Made by a program: the position numbers and the translations under genes
Source: Nitrospirota bacterium
GTDB lineage: Bacteria > Nitrospirota > Nitrospiria > 2-01-FULL-66-17
Assembly: GCA_049325335.1 (NCBI GenBank)
Contig: JBMOMC010000002.1
Location: 288,001-352,000 of the forward strand
Length of the DNA: 64,000 nucleotides
Direction: 5' to 3'
Shown here: in pieces, positions 37,284-47,670 of the stretch
How positions within the stretch are numbered: position 1 is the stretch's first letter
Layout of the letters: the number at the start of each line of letters is the position of its first letter
The notes under the pieces: model-generated
What the model was told of the DNA's origin: nothing
The model's database searches: none
Seen by the model: only the letters and a program-made list of their open reading frames with translations

Positions 37284-38888
37284 GTGGATCCCATTGCCGA
37301 ATCCCGCGGCCGCGTGGACGCGACGCGTTCCACCCGCAAGGGGCAGACGCTTCCGTTGTTGCCCCAGTCCGACAAAGAGGCCCTGCTCCAGAAGTTCCAC
37401 CCCGACTACAAGGCCGAGGCGTATCGATTGGTCAAAGTCGGTCCGAACGCCGGCCACAAGACGGTTCACGAGGTCGCGGACCTGTTGGAGAGCGACAGCC
37501 CGGTGACGTCCGCGGACGTCAAATCCGAGCCGGATTACGTCACCGACGTGTTGATCATTGGCGGGGGCGGCGCGGGCTGCGCCGCCGCGTTGACGGCGCG
37601 GGCCGCGGGCGCAAAGGTGTTGTTGGCCACCAAGCTGCGCCTGGGCGATTCCAACACCGTGATGGCCGAGGGCGGGATGCAGGTGGCGGTGAAGCCCGAG
37701 GACTCGCCGGTCCGCCATTTTCTGGACACGATCAAGGGCGGGCATTTCGCCAATGATCGGACGTTGCTCAAGACGTTGGTGGAGGAAGGGCCGTCGGCCA
37801 CGCAATGGCTGCTCTCACTCGGGGTGTTGTTCGATCGCGACGAGACCGGCAATCTGAAAGTCCGCAGCGGCGGGGCCACCAGCACGCCGCGCCTGTTGAC
37901 GTGTAAGGACTATACCGGGCTTGAGTTGATGCGCGTGCTCAAGGACGCGGTGGTCAACGAAGACGTGCAGGTGGTGGAGTTCGCGCCCGCGGTGGAGTTG
38001 CTCAGCGACGGGTCGGGGCGCTGCACCGGCGCGATTCTCAAAAACCTCGACAACAACCGCCTGTTGACCGTGCACGCCAAGGCCGTGATCGTGGCCACGG
38101 GCGGCAGCGGGCGTTTGCACATCCAGGGCTTCCCCACGAGCAACCACTTCGGGGCGACCGGCGACGCATTGCCGTTGGCGTATCGGCTGGGCGCGGAACT
38201 GGCGTTCATCGACACGTTCCAGTACCACCCCACGGGCGCGATCTATCCCGAGGCCATGGCGGGCCTATTGGTCACCGAGGCCATCCGCGCCGCCGGGTCG
38301 CAACTGGTCAACCGGTTGGGCGAACGGTTCATCAACGAAACCGACACGCGCGACGTGGTGGCGGCCGCGATCATCCGCGAGTGCGTGGAAGGCCGCGGCG
38401 TGACCACGCCGTCCGGCCGTCGCGGCGTGTGGCTGGACACGCCGATGGTGGAGATGATTGGCGGTGAAGGCACGGTGGACGCGCGTTTCCCGAACATGCG
38501 TAAGATGTTCTCACGGCATGAGATCGACATCCGCGAACAGCCGGTCTTGATCCATCCCACGTTGCACTACCAGAACGGCGGCGTGAAGATCGGCGTGGAC
38601 GGCGACTCCACGGTGAAGGGCCTCTACGTGGCGGGTGAGGCGTCCGGTGGGTTGCACGGCCGCAACCGGTTGATGGGCAATTCCCTGCTCGACATCATCG
38701 TATTCGGGCGCCGCGCGGGCCAGGCGGCCGCGACGTATAGCAAGAGCGCGGCGCTGGGCGTGGTGACGGTGGAGCACCTGACCAAGTTTCGCCGCGCGCG
38801 TAAGGACGCGGGCATCGCGTCCGAGACCGTATCTCCGCGCCTGATTCCGGACTACGTGAGACGCGAAGAAACCGTCAGCCACTCGTGA
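37284..38888 (+). CDS. frdA: Fumarate reductase flavoprotein subunit (soluble type)
   Basis: IGGGGAG, SNTVMAEGG, QYHPTG, TEAIR, HYQNGG, HGRNRLMGNSL. Confidence 0.82.
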   Translation: MDPIAESRGRVDATRSTRKGQTLPLLPQSDKEALLQKFHPDYKAEAYRLVKVGPNAGHKTVHEVADLLESDSPVTSADVKSEPDYVTDVLIIGGGGAGCAAALTARAAGAKVLLATKLRLGDSNTVMAEGGMQVAVKPEDSPVRHFLDTIKGGHFANDRTLLKTLVEEGPSATQWLLSLGVLFDRDETGNLKVRSGGATSTPRLLTCKDYTGLELMRVLKDAVVNEDVQVVEFAPAVELLSDGSGRCTGAILKNLDNNRLLTVHAKAVIVATGGSGRLHIQGFPTSNHFGATGDALPLAYRLGAELAFIDTFQYHPTGAIYPEAMAGLLVTEAIRAAGSQLVNRLGERFINETDTRDVVAAAIIRECVEGRGVTTPSGRRGVWLDTPMVEMIGGEGTVDARFPNMRKMFSRHEIDIREQPVLIHPTLHYQNGGVKIGVDGDSTVKGLYVAGEASGGLHGRNRLMGNSLLDIIVFGRRAGQAAATYSKSAALGVVTVEHLTKFRRARKDAGIASETVSPRLIPDYVRREETVSHS

Positions 38889-38908
38889 CGTCCACGAGCG
38901 GGGCTCGA

Positions 38909-38937
38909 TTGACCCTCAATCAGGAACTTGCTAGTAT
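38909..38937 (+). promoter_or_regulatory. Putative sigma70 promoter for sucCD
   Basis: TTGACC-17bp-TAGTAT with TG extension. Confidence 0.5.
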
Positions 38938-38976
38938 GGCGCGTCTTTTTCTCGGGATTTTTCTCTTGAGGGCTCG

Positions 38977-40149
38977 ATGAACATTCACGAATTCCAAGCT
39001 AAACAGCTCTTTACCAAGTTCAACGTGCCGGTTCCCCGTGGCCGTCGCGCGGACACGGTCGCGGAGGCGGTGGCGGTCGCCGGCGAATTGAACGCGCCCG
39101 TCACCGTGGTCAAGGCGCAGATCCACGCGGGAGGCCGCGGCAAGGCCGGGGGCGTGAAGCTGGCTCGTTCGCGCGAGCAGGTCGAACCGCTCGCGCGCGA
39201 AATCCTCGGCAAGACTCTGGTCACGCCGCAGACCGGGCCGCAGGGCAAGGTGGTCAAGAAGCTCCTGATCGAAGAGGGCGTGAGCATCGGGCACGAGTTC
39301 TACCTCTCGCTGGTGGTGGACCGCGCGTCCGCGTCAATCGCGGTGGTGGCGAGCCGTGAAGGCGGGATGGAAATCGAAGAGGTCGCGCATACACACCCGG
39401 AAAAGATCATCAAGGTCTTCATCGACCCTACGGTGGGGTACCAACCGTTTCACGGTCGGCAGGTGGCGTTCGGGCTGGGGCTGCCTAAAGAGGTGGTCAA
39501 CGGGTTCGTCAAGCTCCTCGGTTCGCTCTACGCGCTGTTCATGGCCAAGGACGCGTCGCTGGTCGAGATCAACCCGCTGGTCCTGACCACGGACCAGAAA
39601 TTCGTGGCGCTGGACGGGAAGATGAACTTTGACGACAACGGCCTGTTCCGCCAAGAGGACGTGCGCGCGTTCCGCGACCTGGACGAGGAAGAGCCGCTCG
39701 AGATCAAGGCGTCCGAGCACAACCTCAATTACGTGAAACTCGACGGCACGATCGGCTGCATGGTCAACGGCGCGGGGCTCGCGATGGCGACCATGGACGT
39801 GGTCAAACTCGCCGGCGGCGAACCCGCGAATTTTTTAGACGTGGGCGGGGGAGCCACCAAGGAAACCGTGAAAGAGGCGTTCAACATCTTGATGGCGGAC
39901 CCCAACGTCAAAGGCGTGTTCGTGAATATTTTCGGCGGCATCGTGCGTTGCGAACGCATCGCGGGCGGGATCATCGACGCGACGCGGGAAGTCAATCTCA
40001 GAGTGCCGTTAGTGGTCCGGTTGGACGGGACCAACGCAGAGGAAGGTCGAAAGATGCTGGCCTCCTCGGGGCTGAATCTTGAGGTGGCGAATACCATGTG
40101 GGAAGGCGCTCAACGGATCGTTTCCCTGTCCGGGGAGGCTGCGCGATGA
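38977..40149 (+). CDS. sucC: Succinyl-CoA synthetase beta subunit
   Basis: [52 protein letters not shown]. Confidence 0.96.
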   Translation: MNIHEFQAKQLFTKFNVPVPRGRRADTVAEAVAVAGELNAPVTVVKAQIHAGGRGKAGGVKLARSREQVEPLAREILGKTLVTPQTGPQGKVVKKLLIEEGVSIGHEFYLSLVVDRASASIAVVASREGGMEIEEVAHTHPEKIIKVFIDPTVGYQPFHGRQVAFGLGLPKEVVNGFVKLLGSLYALFMAKDASLVEINPLVLTTDQKFVALDGKMNFDDNGLFRQEDVRAFRDLDEEEPLEIKASEHNLNYVKLDGTIGCMVNGAGLAMATMDVVKLAGGEPANFLDVGGGATKETVKEAFNILMADPNVKGVFVNIFGGIVRCERIAGGIIDATREVNLRVPLVVRLDGTNAEEGRKMLASSGLNLEVANTMWEGAQRIVSLSGEAAR

Positions 40150-41162
40150 GCATTCTGGTCAATAAGGACTCGCGCGTGGTGGTGCAGGGGCTCACCGGAC
40201 GCGAAGGGGGATTTCACGCGGATCAATGCTTGGCGTACGGGACCAAGGTCGTGGGCGGGGTCACGCCGGGCAAGGGCGGGAGCGTGTGGGTCGGGGAGAC
40301 CTCGGGCAAGAAGGCGCCGGTCTACGACACCGTGCGCCAGGCCGTCAACGATGTGGGTGCGAACGTGTCCTTGATCTTCGTGCCGCCGCCGTTTGCGGCG
40401 GACGCGATTCTGGAAGCGGTGGACGCGGAGGTGCCCCTGATCATCTGCATCACCGAGGGCATCCCGGTCTTGGACATGATGCGGGTCAAGCGCGCGCTGG
40501 CCGGGAAATCGTCGCGCCTGATCGGTCCGAATTGTCCGGGGGTGATCACGCCCGGGGAAGCCAAGATCGGGATCATGCCGGGCTTCATTCACCGCCCCGG
40601 ATCAGTCGGAGTGGTCTCGCGCAGCGGGACGCTCACGTATGAAGCGGTCTGGCAAGTTACGCAACGCGGTCTGGGCCAGAGCACGTGCGTGGGCATCGGC
40701 GGCGATCCGCTCAACGGCACCAACTTCATCGACTGCCTCGATCTGTTCAATCGCGATCCCGACACCGAGGCGATCGTGATGATCGGCGAGATCGGCGGCG
40801 ATGCGGAAGAGCAAGCTGCGGCGTTCATCGCGCGCTCCGTGAAGAAGCCGGTGGTGGGCTTCATCGCCGGGATCACCGCGCCGCCGGGGCGCCGCATGGG
40901 CCATGCGGGCGCGATCATTTCGGGCGGGGTCGGCAGCGCGTCCGATAAGATGTCGGCGCTGGAGAAGGCCGGCGTGACCGTGGTGAAAAACCCCGCGTTG
41001 ATCGGCGAGGCCATCAAGTCTGCGTTGGGGCGGCGGACCCGGAAGGCCCCGGCCAAAGCCAAAGCGAAGGCGCGTCCGGTGCGGCGCACGACCGTGAGAG
41101 CGCGCGCGGCGGCCCCACGCTCACGCGCCAGGGGCCGCGGGCGCGGACGAGGGACGCGATGA
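40146..41162 (+). CDS. sucD: Succinyl-CoA synthetase alpha subunit with basic C-terminal tail
   Basis: [36 protein letters not shown] overlaps at both ends. Confidence 0.96.
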   Translation: MSILVNKDSRVVVQGLTGREGGFHADQCLAYGTKVVGGVTPGKGGSVWVGETSGKKAPVYDTVRQAVNDVGANVSLIFVPPPFAADAILEAVDAEVPLIICITEGIPVLDMMRVKRALAGKSSRLIGPNCPGVITPGEAKIGIMPGFIHRPGSVGVVSRSGTLTYEAVWQVTQRGLGQSTCVGIGGDPLNGTNFIDCLDLFNRDPDTEAIVMIGEIGGDAEEQAAAFIARSVKKPVVGFIAGITAPPGRRMGHAGAIISGGVGSASDKMSALEKAGVTVVKNPALIGEAIKSALGRRTRKAPAKAKAKARPVRRTTVRARAAAPRSRARGRGRGRGTR

Positions 41163-41731
41163 GAATGTTCACGCTGGTGGTGGCATCGGTCGTGATCCTC
41201 CTGGTCGGGGCGGGGTGGTGGTGGGTGACGTCCAGCCGGGCGGAGATGGCCCTTCCGGTTCGCGTCGGAGAAACTGCCCCGGACTTTACCCTGAACGATC
41301 AGAACGGGATGCCGGTGACGCTGAGCGATTACTGGGGGCGGCAGACCGTGGTGTTGTATTTCTATCCCAAAGACAGCACGCCGGGATGCACCAAACAAGC
41401 CTGTAGTTTCCGCGACGACTTGTCCCGGTTCGAGGCGCTCAACGCCCGGGTGCTCGGGGTCAGCGTAGACGGATTGGACTCGCATCGCACGTTCGCCGAG
41501 AAATACAAACTGACCTTCCCGATCCTCAGCGACGAAGGTCATCGCGTCAGCCGCGCGTATGGCGTATTGAGCGAACTTGCGGGGTTTCGTTACGCCAAGA
41601 GGACCACGTTCGTGATTGGCCATGACGGCGTGATCCGCCGTATTTTCACCGACGTCGATCCCAAAGACCATGCCACGGAACTCCTGCAGTATTTGAAGAC
41701 TCTGGTCCCCGACCCCCCCACTGAAGGCTAG
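41159..41731 (+). CDS. bcp: BCP/PrxQ peroxiredoxin with N-terminal membrane anchor or signal
   Basis: [16 protein letters not shown]; hydrophobic N-terminus. Confidence 0.88.
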   Translation: MRMFTLVVASVVILLVGAGWWWVTSSRAEMALPVRVGETAPDFTLNDQNGMPVTLSDYWGRQTVVLYFYPKDSTPGCTKQACSFRDDLSRFEALNARVLGVSVDGLDSHRTFAEKYKLTFPILSDEGHRVSRAYGVLSELAGFRYAKRTTFVIGHDGVIRRIFTDVDPKDHATELLQYLKTLVPDPPTEG

Positions 41732-41975
41732 GAGCCTGTCCATGGAAGGCCATCTGCGGCGTTGTCGGTCGGCCTTGCGTGCTCACGTACGACCCAGTAC
41801 GCTGCTTCGCCAAGCGAGCGGAATGTATCATCGACAGCGCCACAAAACGGCGCAGTGCGCTTTCCGCGCTCGAGCCTTGCGACCCCCATTCGAGAACTCC
41901 GATGCCGGAAGTCCCCGAAGGGGGCATCTGACCTTCCCTGAACAGGCTCCAACTCGATATATTCGGACAGGCTCC
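41731..41975. mobile_element. MITE-like non-autonomous element
   Basis: TAGGAGCCTGTCC (41729-41741) and GGACAGGCTCCTA (41965-41977) form a perfect IR including the flanking TA; a 27-bp imperfect IR joins 41731-41757 and 41924-41950; no transposase. Confidence 0.7.
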
Positions 41976-41981
41976 TAATCC

Positions 41982-43151
41982 ATGTACGTCATCGGTCTAT
42001 CGTCGGGCACCTCCGTCGATGGCATCGATGCGGCGCTGACGGACATCACGGGGCGGCGGTCGCGCCTCACCATTCGCCTCATTAAGTACCGCACGATCGC
42101 CTATCCGCCCGGAGTGCGAGAGCGCATGCTCGCGTTGCAGTCCGACTCCGCGGACACATTGGTCGAACTCTGTCGTCTCAACGCGTACCTCGGAGAACTA
42201 TTCGCCGACGCTGCGATCAAACTGTCCCAGGCCGCCCGCGTTCCACTGCGTCGCGTGGGGTTGATCGGCTCCCACGGCCAAACCGTGGCTCACCAGCCCA
42301 CCCCGATCCGCGAGGGACGGTTTCGCGTGGCGGGTACGCTGCAGATCGGGGAGCCGTCGGTCATCGCGGAGCGAACCGGCGTGACCACGGTGGCGGATTT
42401 TCGTCCGCGTGATCTGGCGGCCGGCGGCCAGGGGGCGCCGCTGACGCCCCTGATCCATCACCGGTGTTTTGCCCATGCCACGCGCGACCGGCTGGTCGTC
42501 AATCTCGGCGGCATTTCGAACGTCACGTGGATTCCAGCCGGCCATCTCGCCGATATGGAGCGGATCGTGGCTTTCGACACCGGGCCCGGGAACATGCTCA
42601 TCGACGGGCTCATGGAACGCTTCAGCAAAGGCCGAGAATCCATGGATCGTTCGGGACGCACCGCCGCGTCCGGATCAATCGATGAGCGGCTGTTGCGGTC
42701 GCTGCTCCGGCATCCGTTCCTCGCGCAACGGCCTCCCAAGACCACCGGGCGGGAGACATTCGGTCGCGGGCTGGTGGACCGGGTCGCGTCCGACGCGCGC
42801 CGGCTGCGCGTCGCGCCGCGGGACGTGATGGCGACGGTCACGTTGTTCACCGCGCGCTCGATCGCCGACGCCTACGCGCGATTTCTCCGATCACGCACGC
42901 TCGCCGCGCCCGTGGACGTCATCGTGGGCGGCGGCGGCGTGTACAACGCGACGGTGATGGCCCAATTGCGGCGGGCATTCAGCCCCGCTCGCGTCGAACC
43001 CATGTCCCGGTACGGGGTGGACCCCAAAGCGATCGAGGCAATGGCGTTTGCATTGCTCGCCTATCTGACGGTTCACGGAGAACCCAACAATGTTCCCTCC
43101 GCCACGGGGGCGAAACGGGCGGCGGTATTAGGCAAAATTATCCCAAAATAG
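41982..43151 (+). CDS. anmK: Anhydro-N-acetylmuramic acid kinase
   Basis: IGLSSGTSVDGID, GSHGQT, GGQGAPL, NLGGISN, FDTGPGN, PKTTGRE. Confidence 0.94.
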   Translation: MYVIGLSSGTSVDGIDAALTDITGRRSRLTIRLIKYRTIAYPPGVRERMLALQSDSADTLVELCRLNAYLGELFADAAIKLSQAARVPLRRVGLIGSHGQTVAHQPTPIREGRFRVAGTLQIGEPSVIAERTGVTTVADFRPRDLAAGGQGAPLTPLIHHRCFAHATRDRLVVNLGGISNVTWIPAGHLADMERIVAFDTGPGNMLIDGLMERFSKGRESMDRSGRTAASGSIDERLLRSLLRHPFLAQRPPKTTGRETFGRGLVDRVASDARRLRVAPRDVMATVTLFTARSIADAYARFLRSRTLAAPVDVIVGGGGVYNATVMAQLRRAFSPARVEPMSRYGVDPKAIEAMAFALLAYLTVHGEPNNVPSATGAKRAAVLGKIIPK

Positions 43152-43183
43152 AATTATTTCGTTTCCCCACTATTCCCGTTTGC

Positions 43184-43212
43184 TTGACATGGTCCCCCCT
43201 CGTCGTTAGAAT
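43184..43212 (+). promoter_or_regulatory. Putative sigma70 promoter for clpC
   Basis: TTGACA-17bp-TAGAAT. Confidence 0.7.
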
Positions 43213-43268
43213 AAAAACGTACTACGAGACCGGGTTTTTCAGGCCCGGCTGATCCTCAGGAGGCACTA

Positions 43269-45698
43269 ATGTTCGAGCGATTCACCGATCGAGGCAGGAA
43301 AATCATCATCCTCGCGAGGGAGGAAGCCGAGCGTCACCAGAACGACTATCTCGGCACCGAACACCTCGTGCTTGCGATCCTTCGGGAAGGTGACGGCGTT
43401 GCGTTGGCCGTGATCAAAAAGATGGGGCTGTCGCCGGAGCAGGTGCGTCTGGAAATCGAGCGCAATCTGCCGAGCGGGGGGAGCACCATGACGTTCGGGG
43501 AAATTCCGTTCACCCCGCGCGTAAAAAAAGTCATCGAGTTTTCCATCGAAGAAGCCAAGCTCCTCGGCCACAACTACATCGGCAGCGAGCACTTGTTGTT
43601 GGGGTTGTTGCGCGAAGAAGAGGGTATGGGCGGCAAGATCCTGCGCAGCTTGGGCGCCAATTTGCTCACCGCACGACAGCTCACCATCAACCTGCTCAAG
43701 AAGAACGTTCCGCGCGAGAAGGACAAGAAGAGCAACACGCCCGCGCTGGATGAGTTCGGACGCGATCTGACGCAACTGGCGACCGAAGGCACGTTGGATC
43801 CGGTGATCGGCCGCGGCGATGAAATCGAGCGCGTGCTGCAGATTCTCTGCCGTCGTACCAAGAACAACCCGGTGCTCATCGGCGAATCCGGCGTGGGAAA
43901 GACCGCCATCGTCGAGGGCTTGGCGCAACGCATTATTGCGGCGGACGTGCCGGACAACTTGCTGAATCGGCGTGTGATCGCCCTGGACCTCGGTTCGTTG
44001 GTCGCAGGGACGAAATACCGCGGCCAGTTCGAAGAGCGGCTCAAGGTCGTGATGAAGGAGATCGTGAGCGCGGGCAACATCATCATCTTCATCGACGAAC
44101 TGCACACCTTGGTCGGCGCCGGCGCGGCCGAGGGATCGATCGACGCGTCCAACATGCTCAAGCCCGCGCTCGCCCGCGGCGAGATTCAGTGCATCGGCGC
44201 GACGACCTTGGACGAGTATCGTAAGCACATCGAGCGGGACGCGGCGCTCAAACGTCGGTTTCAGCCGATTCACGTGAATCCGCCGAGCACCGACGAGACC
44301 ATCAAGATCATCCGAGGCTTGAAGGATCGGTATGAGGACCACCACGGAATCGCCATTACGGAAGACGCGGTGGTGGAGGCCGTGCGGTTGTCGGATCGGT
44401 ACATCACGGACCGGTTCTTACCGGACAAGGCGATCGACGTGATCGACGAAGCCGGGTCGCGCGCGAAGCTCTTGAACTACGCGTTACCGGCTGAACTGCG
44501 CGGTTTGGAGCAAGAACACAAGCGGGTCGCGAAGGAAAAAGACGCGGCCATCAAAGCGCAGAATTTTGAAGAGGCCGTAAAACTCCGCGAAGAGGAAGAG
44601 CGCCTCAAGAAGATGCTCGAAGACTCCAAGCGGGAGTGGAAGCGTAATCAGGACAAACAGCGCACCAACATTACCAAGGAGGAAGTCGCCCTGGTGGTGT
44701 CCAAGATGACCGGAATTCCTCTGTATAAATTGGAGGAAGAGGAGTCGAAGAAACTCTTGCAGATGGAAGAGGCGTTGCACAAACGCGTCATCGGGCAGGA
44801 GGAAGCGATCGTGGCCGTGTCCAAGGCGATTCGTCGCGCCCGTGCCGGGCTCAAAGGCGAACATCGTCCGATCGGGTCGTTCATCTTCCTGGGACCCACC
44901 GGCGTGGGCAAGACCGAATTGGCTCGCACGCTCGCGGAGTTTCTGTTCGACGACGAGGACGCGCTGATTCGGATCGACATGTCCGAATACATGGAGCGCT
45001 TTGCCAGCTCGCGGTTGGTCGGAGCGCCTCCGGGGTATGTCGGGTACGAAGAGGGCGGCCAGTTGACCGAGAAGGTCCGTCGTCGGCCGTACTCCGTGGT
45101 GCTGTTCGATGAGATTGAAAAGGCCCATCCGGAGATCTTCAACATGATGCTCCAGGTCTTGGATGACGGTGCGTTGACCGACAGTTTGGGCCGGAAGGTG
45201 GATTTCAAAAACACGGTCATTATCATGACGTCCAACGTGGGCGCGCGCATGATCGATAAGGGCTCGTCGCTCGGGTTCCGACAGGAGTCCGAACATGGCG
45301 AGGGGCGTCGGATCAAAGACGACGTGATGAGTGAACTGAAGAAGACCTTCAACCCGGAGTTTCTGAACCGGATCGACGAGATCGTGGTCTTCCACACCTT
45401 GACCAAGGAGCACCTGGTCAAGATCGTGGATATCCTGATCGAGGGCGTCAACCGGCGGCTGGTGGAGAGAGGCCTCCACATTGAACTGAATGAGGACGTC
45501 AAGAAGTGGTTGATCGAAGAGGGTTATCAGCCCTTGTACGGCGCGAGGCCGATGCGCCGCTGCGTGCAGCGGCACATTGAAGATCCGTTGTCCGAGGAAG
45601 TGTTGCGCGGGCGGTTCAAGGACCAGAAGCGGATTAAGATCGTGCTCCGCGACAACGCGCCCGCGTTCATTGATGAGCCTGCGATGGCCGGCGTGTAA
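43269..45698 (+). CDS. clpC: ATP-dependent Clp protease ATPase subunit ClpC
   Basis: MFERFTD Clp-N repeats, two Walker A motifs (GESGVGKT, GPTGVGKT), UVR coiled coil, LGF ClpP-binding loop. Confidence 0.95.
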   Translation: MFERFTDRGRKIIILAREEAERHQNDYLGTEHLVLAILREGDGVALAVIKKMGLSPEQVRLEIERNLPSGGSTMTFGEIPFTPRVKKVIEFSIEEAKLLGHNYIGSEHLLLGLLREEEGMGGKILRSLGANLLTARQLTINLLKKNVPREKDKKSNTPALDEFGRDLTQLATEGTLDPVIGRGDEIERVLQILCRRTKNNPVLIGESGVGKTAIVEGLAQRIIAADVPDNLLNRRVIALDLGSLVAGTKYRGQFEERLKVVMKEIVSAGNIIIFIDELHTLVGAGAAEGSIDASNMLKPALARGEIQCIGATTLDEYRKHIERDAALKRRFQPIHVNPPSTDETIKIIRGLKDRYEDHHGIAITEDAVVEAVRLSDRYITDRFLPDKAIDVIDEAGSRAKLLNYALPAELRGLEQEHKRVAKEKDAAIKAQNFEEAVKLREEEERLKKMLEDSKREWKRNQDKQRTNITKEEVALVVSKMTGIPLYKLEEEESKKLLQMEEALHKRVIGQEEAIVAVSKAIRRARAGLKGEHRPIGSFIFLGPTGVGKTELARTLAEFLFDDEDALIRIDMSEYMERFASSRLVGAPPGYVGYEEGGQLTEKVRRRPYSVVLFDEIEKAHPEIFNMMLQVLDDGALTDSLGRKVDFKNTVIIMTSNVGARMIDKGSSLGFRQESEHGEGRRIKDDVMSELKKTFNPEFLNRIDEIVVFHTLTKEHLVKIVDILIEGVNRRLVERGLHIELNEDVKKWLIEEGYQPLYGARPMRRCVQRHIEDPLSEEVLRGRFKDQKRIKIVLRDNAPAFIDEPAMAGV

Positions 45699-45725
45699 CG
45701 CGCCCGGCCTGACGACTGTTAAAAT

Positions 45726-45752
45726 GGAGGGGCGGGGATGACCCGCCCCTCC
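45726..45752. repeat. REP-like/terminator hairpin
   Basis: GGAGGGGCGGG-GATGA-CCCGCCCCTCC perfect 11-bp stem. Confidence 0.6.
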
Positions 45753-45789
45753 GTGTTTGTGCGTCCAGCGGTTCCTGCCATGTGACGAT

Positions 45790-46809
45790 GTGCTGATTCT
45801 GGGAATCGAAACCTCCTGCGATGAAACCGCCGCAGCCATTGTGCGCGACGGGTCGGTTATCGTGTCCGAGGAGTTGGCCACGCAGACCGGCGTACACTCC
45901 AAGTTCGGCGGGGTGGTCCCCGAGTTGGCGTGCCGCGGGCACGTGGAAGTCATCGACCGCGTGGTGGAGGAGACGCTCGCCAAGGCCGGAGTGACGGCGC
46001 CGGACGTGGACGCCGTGGCCGTGACCTCGGGCCCAGGACTCGCCGGGGCGCTCCTGGTCGGGGTCTCGTTCGCCAAGGGTCTGGCCTATGCGCTCGATCG
46101 CCCGCTGATCGGAATCAATCACCTCGAGGGCCACATTGTGGCGCCGGTGTTGTCCGGGCAGACCATCGCCTATCCTGCGGTGGCGTTGATCGTGTCCGGT
46201 GGGCACACGCATCTCTACGTGGTCGAAGCATTCGGGCGCTACCGGTTGGTGGGGCACACGATCGACGACGCGGCGGGCGAAGCCTTTGACAAGGCCGCGT
46301 ATTGCCTGGGCCTGGGATTTCCCGGCGGCCCGGCCATCGACCGACTCGCGAAAACCGGCGATCCAACCCGTTTTCGATTTCCGCGGCCGTTGACCGGACG
46401 CGGCGGGGGAAGCCACGTGGGGTCGCGCGGATTCGACATGAGTTTCAGCGGGCTCAAAACCGCGTTCGTCCAGGCGTTGCGTCGCGAAGGGCCAGGGGAT
46501 GGGGCCTACCCGGACTTGGCGGCGGGGTTCCAGGCGGCGGTGGTGGACGTGTTGGTGGAGAAAACCATCGCCGCGGCGAAAACCGCGGGCGTGACCGACA
46601 TCATCATCGGCGGCGGGGTGGCGGCCAACTCGCGCTTGCGGGCCGCGATGACGGCGCAGGCCGCGGAGCACGGGTTTAGACTCGTCATGCCCACGCCGCG
46701 GCACTGCACGGACAACGCCGCCATGATCGCGGCCGCCGCGTTCCACCACGTGGCGCTCGATCACACGGCGGCGATGGCGCTCAACGCGGACCCGTCGCTG
46801 GCGCTGTAG
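45790..46809 (+). CDS. tsaD: tRNA N6-threonylcarbamoyladenosine synthase
   Basis: ILGIETSCDET, NHLEGH, SGGHT, DDAAGEAFDK, CTDNAAMI. Confidence 0.95.
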   Translation: MLILGIETSCDETAAAIVRDGSVIVSEELATQTGVHSKFGGVVPELACRGHVEVIDRVVEETLAKAGVTAPDVDAVAVTSGPGLAGALLVGVSFAKGLAYALDRPLIGINHLEGHIVAPVLSGQTIAYPAVALIVSGGHTHLYVVEAFGRYRLVGHTIDDAAGEAFDKAAYCLGLGFPGGPAIDRLAKTGDPTRFRFPRPLTGRGGGSHVGSRGFDMSFSGLKTAFVQALRREGPGDGAYPDLAAGFQAAVVDVLVEKTIAAAKTAGVTDIIIGGGVAANSRLRAAMTAQAAEHGFRLVMPTPRHCTDNAAMIAAAAFHHVALDHTAAMALNADPSLAL

Positions 46810-46860
46810 GTAGAGGACAGGGCGCATTTTAGGCCACGTGTCGAGCTGCGGTACAGCACA

Positions 46861-47661
46861 ATGACCATGAACATCTTCATTACCGGCGCGTCGTCCGGGA
46901 TCGGCGAGGCGCTCGCGGTGCGTTTCGCGTCGCCCGGGCGAACGCTCGGGTTGACGGCCAGGCGGGCGTCCGAGCTCGAACGGGTCGCTCTCCGCTGTCG
47001 CGAGCGAGGCGCCACGGTGTCGACGTTTCCTCTTGACGTGCGCGACGCGGAGGCGGTGCTGCGCGCGGGGTGGGCGTTTCTCGCGGAGGCGGGCCGCGTG
47101 GACGCGGTGATCGCGAACGCGGGGGTGAGTCGCCGCGACAACGACGATCGAACCGACTCCGCGCGTTCGCGCGAGATCATCGAGACGAATCTACTGGGCG
47201 TGATCCATACCTTCGAGCCGTTTATTGCTGATATGGAGCGTGCGGGCGCGGGCTCGTTGGTGGCCGTCTCCAGCGTCGCGGGATTTCGCGGCCTGCCCAA
47301 CGCGGGCGCGTACTCCGCCTCCAAAGCCGCGGTCAATACCTGGATGGAGTCGCTGCGGGTCCGGCTGCGGGGCCGGGTGCATGTGATGACGGTGTGCCCC
47401 GGGTTCGTGGACACGCCCATGACCGCCTCCAACCGGTTCCCCATGCCGTGGCTGCTCACTGCGGACGACGCGGCGGCGCGGATCGAACGCGGGATCACAC
47501 GTCGGACGCGGGTGTTAGTGTTTCCCGCGCCGATGCGATGGTTGATGGGGTGCATTCGTCTCATCCCGTCCGCGCTCTATGAACCGGTCGCCTCCTGGGC
47601 GATCCGGCGTAATCCCGATCTCTTCAGAAAGTCAGACGGGACGCCTGACACTCGGTCGTGA
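46861..47661 (+). CDS. Short-chain dehydrogenase/reductase
   Basis: TGASSGIG, ANAG, YSASK, PGFVDTPMT. Confidence 0.9.
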   Translation: MTMNIFITGASSGIGEALAVRFASPGRTLGLTARRASELERVALRCRERGATVSTFPLDVRDAEAVLRAGWAFLAEAGRVDAVIANAGVSRRDNDDRTDSARSREIIETNLLGVIHTFEPFIADMERAGAGSLVAVSSVAGFRGLPNAGAYSASKAAVNTWMESLRVRLRGRVHVMTVCPGFVDTPMTASNRFPMPWLLTADDAAARIERGITRRTRVLVFPAPMRWLMGCIRLIPSALYEPVASWAIRRNPDLFRKSDGTPDTRS

Positions 47662-47670
47662 CTGTGAGTC

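Noticed and set aside
38977..41162. sucCD as citryl-CoA synthetase
   Set aside because: Motifs are canonical succinyl-CoA synthetase, and a complete ATP citrate lyase is already present
41646..41978. Small ORFs within the MITE as a possible transposase remnant
   Set aside because: No DDE or HTH-like motifs; the ORFs are incidental
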